In this document: positions 1 through 7,378 of the stretch, piece by piece | Layout: every line of letters starts with the position of its first letter | Position numbering within the stretch: position 1 is the stretch's first letter | Assembly (NCBI GenBank): GCA_040880225.1 | Contig: JBBDIV010000013.1 | Location: forward strand, 1 to 46,708 | DNA from: Gemmatimonadota bacterium | GTDB lineage: Bacteria; Gemmatimonadota; Gemmatimonadetes; Longimicrobiales; Gaopeijiaceae | Reading direction: 5' to 3' | Length of the DNA stretch: 46,708 bases | Notes under the pieces: generated by a model | Told to the model about the DNA's origin: nothing | The model's database searches: none | The model's input: the letters and a program-made list of their open reading frames with translations, nothing else | Program-made: the position numbers and the translations under genes

Positions 1-248
1 GAATCGGGATCGTCCGCATGGATCGCGTCCACGGTCTCATGCACTTCCTCGAGCATGTGGGGGACGAGCGAACGGGCGGTCTGTTTCCGGTCCCACGGGC
101 AGTGGGCACGCAGGTACTCCACCAGGACGAGAGCGCGATCCAGTGTGGCCTCTCCGGCATCGAAGAGGTCGCGGGACGGGTTGCCCGCCTCCGGGTGGGA
201 ATCGGCGGATCGGACGGTCTCGTGGCTGCTCGATTCGCGATCCTTCAT
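1..248 (-). CDS. mazG: nucleoside triphosphate pyrophosphohydrolase MazG, N-terminal part (gene continues past the left edge)
   Basis: Reverse translation from ATG (complement of 246-248) gives MKDRESSSHETVRSADSHPEAGNPSRDLFDAGEATLDRALVLVEYLRAHCPWDRKQTARSLVPHMLEEVHETVDAIHADDP. This carries the MazG-type signature CPWD..QT..SL...EE..E..DAI. The ORF is open to the window edge, so it is missing from the ORF track. Confidence 0.7.
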   Translation of the reverse strand, partial: MKDRESSSHETVRSADSHPEAGNPSRDLFDAGEATLDRALVLVEYLRAHCPWDRKQTARSLVPHMLEEVHETVDAIHADDPD

Positions 249-318
249 CGGGGGCCTTCCGGGGCGCTGAGGCGCGTATGCTTGCTCGGAAGGTACTTTC
301 TCGCATCTTTGTGCGACC

Positions 319-1485
319 ATGTCAACCGACCTACGCAGCCGCGCCTGGGTGGAGATCAACGGATCGGCCCTCCACCGGAACATGGCCCGGGTCGCGGGGC
401 TCGTGGGCGGGGGGGGACGCGTCCTCCCGGTCGTGAAGTCGAATGCGTACGGTCTGGGACTCGGGCCCGTCCTGCGGGTCCTCGAGAGATCGGATCCCTG
501 GGGATACGGTGTGGCCGAGGTGAGGGAGGCCGAGGCGATCCGGACGCATGGAGTCACCCGTCCGGTTCTGATCCTCAACCCGCTTCCACCCGGCGACGTG
601 CACGTCGCAGTGGCGGGCGCATTCGAGCTCTCCGTTTCGAGCATGGGCGAGGTGGACCGGATCGTGGGCGCACTGGACGGGTCGGACCGATCCGTGCGAC
701 TCCACGCGGAGGTCGATACGGGCATGGGCCGCGCCGGATTCGACTGGAGGGAGGTTGGAAGATGGGGACCGGACCTGATCGCCCGTACCTCCGACCGGGT
801 CGAATGGACCGGGCTCTTCACCCACTTCCACTCGGCGAGCGATCCGGACGCGGACGCCGTGACCGTCCAGTCGGAGCGGTTCGCCGCCGCGGCCCGTGCG
901 TTGAGCGGGATGCGGGCCGGAAAATGGGTCGAGCATCTGTGCAACTCCTCCGCGCTCTTCCGATCTTCGAGGCTTGCTGGAGACCTCGTGAGGCCGGGGA
1001 TCTTCCTCTATGGCGGCAGAATCGGGAGCGACCTGCCCGCACCCGAGTCGATCGTCTCGCTCCGGGCCCGGATCGTCCTCGTTCGCGAGGTTCCTCCGGG
1101 CACCACGCTCGGGTATGGAGCCACGTACCGCGCTACGCGGCCGGAGCGATGGGCGACCGTGGCGATCGGCTACGGCGACGGGTTGCCGAGGTGCCTGGGA
1201 AACCGAGGCCAGGCGGTCGTGGCCGGGCGCAGGGTGCGAATCGTAGGAAGGATCTCCATGGGGCTGACCGTGGTAGACATCACCGATCTTCCGGAAGCGG
1301 ATGTCCGGATCGGTGACGAGGCTACATTCCTGGGTCGGTCCGGTACGGAATCCATCTCGGTGGACGAGGTTGCCGGACTCGCCGGAACGATCAGCTACGA
1401 GATTCTGACCGGGCTCTCTGCTCGGCTGCCACGCCTGTGGTCGTCGGCGGACGAGCCCGACGCCCCCGACACGGGCATTCAATGA
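319..1485 (+). CDS. alr: alanine racemase
   Basis: 388-aa ORF. It has the PLP-lysine motif VVKSNAYGLG near the N-terminus, a length and layout typical of Alr, and a C-terminal ISYEILT motif. Confidence 0.92.
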   Translation: MSTDLRSRAWVEINGSALHRNMARVAGLVGGGGRVLPVVKSNAYGLGLGPVLRVLERSDPWGYGVAEVREAEAIRTHGVTRPVLILNPLPPGDVHVAVAGAFELSVSSMGEVDRIVGALDGSDRSVRLHAEVDTGMGRAGFDWREVGRWGPDLIARTSDRVEWTGLFTHFHSASDPDADAVTVQSERFAAAARALSGMRAGKWVEHLCNSSALFRSSRLAGDLVRPGIFLYGGRIGSDLPAPESIVSLRARIVLVREVPPGTTLGYGATYRATRPERWATVAIGYGDGLPRCLGNRGQAVVAGRRVRIVGRISMGLTVVDITDLPEADVRIGDEATFLGRSGTESISVDEVAGLAGTISYEILTGLSARLPRLWSSADEPDAPDTGIQ

Positions 1486-1533
1486 GGACGGACCGCCCGA
1501 CGGTGCGGATCCGGATCCACCAAGGGAGGCAGG

Positions 1534-1569
1534 GAGTGGTCAAAAGAGTGGTCAAAGGAGTGGTCAAAA
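1534..1569. repeat. perfect-phase 12-nt tandem repeat x3 (GAGTGGTCAAAA / GAGTGGTCAAAG / GAGTGGTCAAAA)
   Basis: Read directly at 1534-1545, 1546-1557 and 1558-1569. It is an AT-rich island in the alr/lipoprotein intergenic gap, 11 nt upstream of the GTG at 1580. Each unit reads TTGACC on the minus strand. A 12-nt palindrome GGATCCGGATCC lies just upstream at 1507-1518. Confidence 0.9.
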
Positions 1570-1579
1570 GGATGTTCGA

Positions 1580-2902
1580 GTGACGAGTCGACGAGTGGAA
1601 TCGATCGCCGTGGCGCTGTGCGTCGCCGCGTCGGGGTGCACGGACGCGACTCCCACTTCCGACGATGGAAGCCTGGTCCCGATCGAGGCCGAGACGTTCG
1701 AAGTCGAGCTTCCGTTCTCCGAGTTCGCCGAGGACCTGCAGACCTTCTCGGGCTTCGGGAACAACGCCGATCTTGCGCGGCGGTACATCGCATTCGAGTG
1801 GGGAGGGGACCTCGAAGCTCGCACTCTCGTGCGCTTTGGAGAACTGCCCGGGTCCGTGAACGCCCGCCCGATCGGGTCCGGGACCGCGCAGCCGGACTCC
1901 ATGTACGTTCCGGTCTCCGGTGAGCTCGTCCTCCAGTTGGATACCGTGTCCGTACGGGGCCCACAGATCGTTGCCATCCATGCCGAGGCGCTCGAGAGCT
2001 CCTGGGACCCCGGCTCTGCGACGTGGGAGTTCGCCGTGGACACGGTGGGCACGACTACCCCGTGGGCCGAGCCCGGGGGCGGCCCCGTGCGGCCGATAGG
2101 GGTCCGGAACTGGTCTCCGAGCGCGAGCGACACCCTCCGCTTCGAGATCGACTCGTCCACCGTGGCCGAGTGGACGGACCCCGATCGGAGCGACACCGGA
2201 GTCCGTCTGACGACGACGACATCGGGATCGAGGAACCGGGTGCTCAACGCGAGTCTGGTGGTGACGGTCCGGCCTTCGATCAATCCCGACACTCTCGTGA
2301 TCACCGCCCCGGCGAGCGTGACGAGCACGTTCGTGTACGCCCCGGAGGATCCCCCTCTCGCCGACGGTTTTCGGATCGGGGGCACACCTGCGCATCGTGC
2401 CGCCATCCGTCTGACGTTGCCGGACGCCGTGGATCCGGGCCCGGAGGTCTGCCAACGCATCGCGTGCCCGGTGGAGCTCCGGCCCGAGCGGATCGTCTAC
2501 GCCGGGTTGGGATTCTATACCCACGCCGGGGTGTCCCCCGGTCTCACCCCCCTCGACTCCGTCCCCGTCGAGATGCGGCCCGTGCTGAGTCCCGATCGGC
2601 TTCCTCGCTCACCGCTGGGCTGTTCCGTCGTAGGATGCCTGGCCCGCGAGAGGGTTCTGGCCCCCGGGCTCTTCGACGCAGACGTACGGACTCCGGTCGA
2701 ACTCACTCTTTCGTCCTACCTGAGGACCCTCCTGGCGGAACCGGGAGAGGGCGCCGACCCTCCCTCGTCCACCCTCGCGATCCTGGCTGGAAGGGAGGAG
2801 CCCGCGACTCTCGAGCCGGCGGTCTTCTACGGCCCGGGCTCCGAGTTCGAACCCTATCTCCGCCTCATCCTCACGCTCTCCGAAGGGCTGACGCTGCCAT
2901 GA
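1580..2902 (+). CDS. lipoprotein of unknown function (possible DNRLRE/DUF4270-like domain)
   Basis: 440-aa ORF with a GTG start. The signal peptide carries a lipobox (ALCVAASG|C). The motif LESSWDPGSATWEF resembles the W..TW motif of DNRLRE-type domains, but this is tentative. Its stop overlaps the next start (ATGA at 2899-2902). Confidence 0.75.
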   Translation: MTSRRVESIAVALCVAASGCTDATPTSDDGSLVPIEAETFEVELPFSEFAEDLQTFSGFGNNADLARRYIAFEWGGDLEARTLVRFGELPGSVNARPIGSGTAQPDSMYVPVSGELVLQLDTVSVRGPQIVAIHAEALESSWDPGSATWEFAVDTVGTTTPWAEPGGGPVRPIGVRNWSPSASDTLRFEIDSSTVAEWTDPDRSDTGVRLTTTTSGSRNRVLNASLVVTVRPSINPDTLVITAPASVTSTFVYAPEDPPLADGFRIGGTPAHRAAIRLTLPDAVDPGPEVCQRIACPVELRPERIVYAGLGFYTHAGVSPGLTPLDSVPVEMRPVLSPDRLPRSPLGCSVVGCLARERVLAPGLFDADVRTPVELTLSSYLRTLLAEPGEGADPPSSTLAILAGREEPATLEPAVFYGPGSEFEPYLRLILTLSEGLTLP

Positions 2903-4137
2903 AGCCGTCTCCACGATCCAGTTCGACTGTGCGCGGCCTCGCCCCCGGCTCATCGGCCGGCTGCCTCGCCCTCGCTCTGGTCACCCTGGGCATCGGGGCG
3001 GTCGGTTTCGGTCTACCGGAACGGGCGCAGGCGCAGTCCCTGATGGCGCGGGAGGGACTCGGGCTCCCGATCGATCCTCTGGGGGCGCGTGCCCGGGGCC
3101 TGGGGAGCGCCGGAATCGGGCTGACCGGCTGGAACGTCTCCCCGATGGATCCCGCGGCCAGTGCCGGTTTGGGACTGCCGAGCATATCGGCCAGCCTCCG
3201 GCCGGCCACGACGACACTGACGGACGGTCGGGAGGCGGGCTTCACCCGGTTCCCCACCCTTGCCGTCTCCTATCCCCTCGGAGCGAACGTGTTCTCCGTC
3301 CAGGCAGGTAGTTTCTTCGACCAGGAGTGGGAGGTTCGTCTCGAGCGGACGCTGGTCCTGGGCGGGGAGGAGGTCCCGGCCCTGGACGTGTATCGTTCGG
3401 ACGGGGGCATCGGACGGGTGCAGGTCGGCTGGGCCCGGCGGATCGTACCTTCGTTGGCGGTGGGCATGACGTTCGGAACCCATGTGGGAACGATCGAGCG
3501 TAGTTTCACCCGGACGATCCAGGCCACGGGCCAGGTTTCGGAGGACTTCGGCGCCTTCGGCGTCCGGGGTCGACTGCGGGCTTCCGGAGTCCTCGCCGGC
3601 GTCGGAGCCATCTGGGACCCGCTTCCGCTGGTGCGCGTCGGCGGATCGGTCATCTGGTCCGACGACCTCACGCTCGAGCCGTCCGGCAGCGATGCGGACG
3701 TGAGCGGCGAATACTCGGTCCCGCTCCAGCTCCATGGCGGCGGCACCGTCGGGCTCACGCAAGACCTGTCCCTCCATCTCTCCGGTGCGTACGCGGACTG
3801 GAGCGACATCAACGAGGATCTCGAGCAAGCGGCCTCGAAGGGGGCCACGTGGAGCTATGGAGGCGGCGTGGAGTGGGGAGGGAGCACGGTCCTCGGGCGG
3901 ACGTTCCCGCTTCGCCTGGGGGCGCGCCATCGGGATCTTCCGTTCGAGTCCGGCGGAGCGGCGGCCTTCGAGCGCACTCTCTCCGGCGGCTTCGGGCTCA
4001 ATCTGGTGGAGGTCGAGGGGGAGGAGGATCCACGAGCCCGTTCGGACCTCGGGGTGGAGCGCGGGACACGTGAAGGGGGCCTTCTCTCGGAGAGCTTCTG
4101 GCGGATCACATTCACGGTCCGCATCTCCTCGGGCTGA
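2899..4137 (+). CDS. outer-membrane beta-barrel protein, FadL/PorV-like (function unknown)
   Basis: Uses the internal ATG at 2899 of track ORF 2023..4137; the upstream 292 codons overlap the lipoprotein gene in another frame. It has a signal peptide (CLALALVTLGIGAVGFGL..AQAQS). The N-terminal motif GARARGLGSAGIGLTGWNVSPMDPAASAGL resembles the aRa.GmGGA...NPA motif of FadL/PorV/UPF0164-type barrels. The remainder has an alternating Gly/aromatic-rich pattern. Confidence 0.72.
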   Translation: MKPSPRSSSTVRGLAPGSSAGCLALALVTLGIGAVGFGLPERAQAQSLMAREGLGLPIDPLGARARGLGSAGIGLTGWNVSPMDPAASAGLGLPSISASLRPATTTLTDGREAGFTRFPTLAVSYPLGANVFSVQAGSFFDQEWEVRLERTLVLGGEEVPALDVYRSDGGIGRVQVGWARRIVPSLAVGMTFGTHVGTIERSFTRTIQATGQVSEDFGAFGVRGRLRASGVLAGVGAIWDPLPLVRVGGSVIWSDDLTLEPSGSDADVSGEYSVPLQLHGGGTVGLTQDLSLHLSGAYADWSDINEDLEQAASKGATWSYGGGVEWGGSTVLGRTFPLRLGARHRDLPFESGGAAAFERTLSGGFGLNLVEVEGEEDPRARSDLGVERGTREGGLLSESFWRITFTVRISSG

Positions 4138-4154
4138 TCGGGGCGCTTCCGACC

Positions 4155-5510
4155 ATGCGGGTGGTATACGAGACCTTCGGCTGCAAGGCCAACCAGTACG
4201 ATACCGAACGGATCCGGCAAGAACTCGAAGCCCGGGGAGCCGAGACCGTCGGTCGCGTGGAGGACGCCGACGTCTGTATAGTGAACACATGCACGGTCAC
4301 GAGCCAGGCGGATGCACAGGCCCGTAGCCGAATCCGGGCGGTGCATCGGCGGAAGGCCGAACTTGAGATCGTCGTCGTCGGCTGCTCGGCCGCGTTGCGT
4401 GCGGGAGACTACAGGGCGCTGCCCGAAGTGGCATCCGTTGTCGGGGGGCACGACGCCGTGGAGATCGCGGAGGCCTCGGCCCGCTCCCGGCCGAGGCTGG
4501 TCCAGCTTGGGGCCCGGACGTCGCTGGACCGGATGGACGGCGAACCCGTTGCCGGGGAGATTCTCCTTCGCCGGGAGGGACGGAGTCGGGCGTGGCTGAA
4601 GATCCAGGACGGCTGCGATCGCAAGTGTTCGTTCTGTGCGACACGGCTGGCCCGCGGAGCGAGCCGCTCGCGGTCGCCGGACGAGATCGTACGCGAGGCC
4701 CGCGCACTCTCGGCCACGCACCGCGAGATCGTCCTGACGGGGATCCACATCGGGCACTACGGACGGGACCTCGAGCGCTCGTGCTCCCTCTCCGGGCTCG
4801 TAGTCCGGCTCCTGGAGGAAGTCCACCAGACCCGGTTCCGGTTGGGAAGCGTCGAGGCGACCGAGATCGACGACCTGCTTCTCGATCTCCTGGCCGACTC
4901 GGGCGGTCGACTCGCTCCACATCTCCACATGCCGCTGCAGAGTGGCGCGGACCCGGTGCTTCGACGGATGCGCCGGTGGTACACGCGTGACATGTACCGA
5001 GCCCGTGCCCTCGAGATCGCCGGCCGTCTGCCGGTCCTCGGCCTCGGAGCCGACATCATCACGGGGTATCCCGGAGAGACCGACGCGGATCACCGGGATA
5101 CCGTGGCTCTGGTGGAGGAACTGCCCTATACCTATCTGCACGTCTTTCCGTTCTCGCCTCGGGAGCAGACGGCAGCGGAGACCCAGAACCGCAGCGATCC
5201 GGTACCTCAGCGTGTGGCCGGCGAACGGAGTCGCGAGCTCAGGGAGCTGGTGGACGTGAAAGGACGCCACCACCGTCGGGCACGGGCGGGAGATCCGGCG
5301 GTCGTCATCCTCGAAGGGGAAGGGAACTCGGCGCTCACCGGGGACTACCTTCGGGCGAGGGTGTCGCTGGATGACAGGGAGGCGTGGGCTGCCCAGAGTC
5401 GAGCACGTACCGGACATCTCCGGGGCCCGGAGCGCCTCCGAGGCGGGATCCTGCGCTGGTCCGATGACGATCTCGCTATTGATCTGACCCCGAAACGTTC
5501 GTTCACTTAG
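4155..5510 (+). CDS. mtaB: radical-SAM methylthiotransferase, MtaB-like (MiaB/RimO family)
   Basis: N-terminal UPF0004 motif MRVVYETFGCKANQYDTE, followed by the radical-SAM cluster motif CDRKCSFCATRLARG. The subfamily call (MtaB versus RimO) rests only on the GCK.NQY pattern. Confidence 0.85.
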   Translation: MRVVYETFGCKANQYDTERIRQELEARGAETVGRVEDADVCIVNTCTVTSQADAQARSRIRAVHRRKAELEIVVVGCSAALRAGDYRALPEVASVVGGHDAVEIAEASARSRPRLVQLGARTSLDRMDGEPVAGEILLRREGRSRAWLKIQDGCDRKCSFCATRLARGASRSRSPDEIVREARALSATHREIVLTGIHIGHYGRDLERSCSLSGLVVRLLEEVHQTRFRLGSVEATEIDDLLLDLLADSGGRLAPHLHMPLQSGADPVLRRMRRWYTRDMYRARALEIAGRLPVLGLGADIITGYPGETDADHRDTVALVEELPYTYLHVFPFSPREQTAAETQNRSDPVPQRVAGERSRELRELVDVKGRHHRRARAGDPAVVILEGEGNSALTGDYLRARVSLDDREAWAAQSRARTGHLRGPERLRGGILRWSDDDLAIDLTPKRSFT

Positions 5511-5514
5511 CGAC

Positions 5515-6936
5515 ATGAATACGTTCAGCGGGATGGACATGAACGAGCACAGACCCAGACGCGCCTACGTCGAGACGTATGGGTGCCAGATGAACATCGC
5601 CGACGGCGAGTTGATGGAGGGTGTGCTGGAGTCCGGAGGCTACCAGATCGTCTCAGCGCCGGAGGAGGCGGACGTCATCCTCGTGAACACGTGCGCGATC
5701 CGGGATCACGCAGAGCGCCGCGTCCTGGGTCGAGTGGCGCAACTCAACGGTCTGAAGAAGGAAAGACCGGAGTTGCTGCTCGGCGTGACCGGGTGTATGG
5801 CGCAGCGGATGGGGGCGGACCTCCTGGAGAAGGCGCCCTACGTGGATCTGGTGATGGGCCCGGACGGTTATCGTTCCCTGCCTGAGCGACTCGAGTCGAT
5901 CCAGCGGGGCGAGTCACCTCCTCCGCCGGGTGGACTCGGGGCCTCTCGATCCGGGAGGAACCGTGTTCAGCTCGCGGTCCTCGAGCTGGACGATTCCGAG
6001 AACTACGAGGGTCTGGAGCAGCGACGGCGGACCTCGGTTTCCGCGTGGATTCCCATCCAGCGAGGATGCGACCACCGATGCACGTTCTGCATCGTGCCCT
6101 ACGTGCGGGGTCCAGAGAAGAATCGCACTGCGGACGACATCCTCCGCGAGGTTCGTTCGCTTGCGGAGACCGGAGTGAGCGAGGTTACGCTGCTGGGACA
6201 GACCGTGAACTCGTATCGGTCCGGGCAGTGGAGCTTTCCCGGGCTCCTGCGGGCGGTGGGCCGCGTCGATGGAATCCGCCGGGTGCGATTCACGTCTCCG
6301 CACCCGAACGACGTGACTCCCGAGCTCGTCGAGGTGATGTCGACGGAGCCCGCGGTCTGCGAGCAACTTCATCTTCCGGCCCAGTCCGGAAGCGATCGGA
6401 CACTCAAGCGGATGGTCCGGCGTTACACGGTCGAGAAGTTCATGGAAACGGTGGACATGGTACGAACCGCGCTGCCCGACATCGCGCTCTCCACGGACAT
6501 CATCGTCGGGTTCCCGGGCGAGACGCGGGAGGAGTTCGACGCGACCCTCGATCTGATGCGTCAGGTGCGCTTCGACGACGCGTTCACCTACAAGTACTCG
6601 GCGCGCGAGGGAACTCCGGCTACACGCCTTCCGGACGACGATTTCCTGCCCGACCCGGTCGCACAGGAACGACTCGAGGAGCTCATCGGGGTCGCTCGCG
6701 GAATCCAGGCCGAGATCAACCGGGGCGAGGTGGGGCGGGTGGAGGAGATCCTCATCGAGAAGCCCGGGCGTGATCCCGGGGACCTTCTCGGTCGGACGCG
6801 GAGGCACAAGGTGGTGACCTTCCCGGCCGAAGGAGCTTCCGTAGGTGACTATGCACAAGTCGAGTTGACCGGCACGACGGGAGCGACTTTCTGGGGTCGG
6901 CTGGTCCGGTCTCCGGTGGCGGCCGCCGCAACGTGA
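5515..6936 (+). CDS. miaB: tRNA-2-methylthio-N6-dimethylallyladenosine synthase
   Basis: Motifs AYVETYGCQMNIADGE and CDHRCTFCIVPYVRG, plus a C-terminal TRAM-like region. The start could also be the ATG at 5533 or 5539. Confidence 0.9.
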   Translation: MNTFSGMDMNEHRPRRAYVETYGCQMNIADGELMEGVLESGGYQIVSAPEEADVILVNTCAIRDHAERRVLGRVAQLNGLKKERPELLLGVTGCMAQRMGADLLEKAPYVDLVMGPDGYRSLPERLESIQRGESPPPPGGLGASRSGRNRVQLAVLELDDSENYEGLEQRRRTSVSAWIPIQRGCDHRCTFCIVPYVRGPEKNRTADDILREVRSLAETGVSEVTLLGQTVNSYRSGQWSFPGLLRAVGRVDGIRRVRFTSPHPNDVTPELVEVMSTEPAVCEQLHLPAQSGSDRTLKRMVRRYTVEKFMETVDMVRTALPDIALSTDIIVGFPGETREEFDATLDLMRQVRFDDAFTYKYSAREGTPATRLPDDDFLPDPVAQERLEELIGVARGIQAEINRGEVGRVEEILIEKPGRDPGDLLGRTRRHKVVTFPAEGASVGDYAQVELTGTTGATFWGRLVRSPVAAAAT

Positions 6937-7253
6937 GTCGCTTTACCGGGGCTCTCGTGGTCCTGGTCGTTCTCGCCCTCGTCATGCTCTTCGCACGTGC
7001 GAACGGCGGCGAGTTCGTGACCCTGGATCTCGGCTTCCGGACGTTCCGGCGAATTCCACTGACGTATGTAGCGTTCGGCGGGCTATTCGTCGGTATGCTC
7101 GTGATGCTTCTCGCCGGCATCCACTCCGATCTGAAGGTGCGCCGTTTCCTTCGGGAGCGGCTGGAGGCCGAGGCTCGTGACGAGAGAGCGCCCAGGGATC
7201 GGAACCAGCAGGATCTGTTCGCTTCCCGCAACGAGGACGGGCCGAACGGCTGA
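6933..7253 (+). CDS. small membrane protein, LapA-domain (DUF1049)-like
   Basis: 106 aa with two hydrophobic helices (ALVVLVVLALVMLF and AFGGLFVGMLVMLLAGI) and a basic coiled tail. Its GTG start overlaps the miaB stop (GTGA). Confidence 0.6.
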   Translation: MSRFTGALVVLVVLALVMLFARANGGEFVTLDLGFRTFRRIPLTYVAFGGLFVGMLVMLLAGIHSDLKVRRFLRERLEAEARDERAPRDRNQQDLFASRNEDGPNG

Positions 7254-7378
7254 GCAACCATCGACCGGCCCGAGCCCCAACCTCCATCGGGAGGCCGCAG
7301 ACGCCTTTCTAAGATGATCACTCCCTTCTGGAAGCGAGCAGAGCCACACTGACGAATCGGTTCCCGCCGGTCGCGTGG

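Noticed and set aside
409-416. G8 homopolymer tracts (409-416 in alr; 39981-39988 in lepB; also G7 at about 10866) as phase-variation switches.
   Set aside because: They lie in essential housekeeping genes, encode ordinary Gly runs, and are expected by chance at this GC content.
2023-2898. N-terminal 292 codons of the 704-aa track ORF 2023..4137.
   Set aside because: This stretch overlaps the lipoprotein gene in another frame and is Arg-rich with no signal peptide. The internal ATG at 2899 gives a normal signal peptide and overlaps the upstream stop (ATGA).
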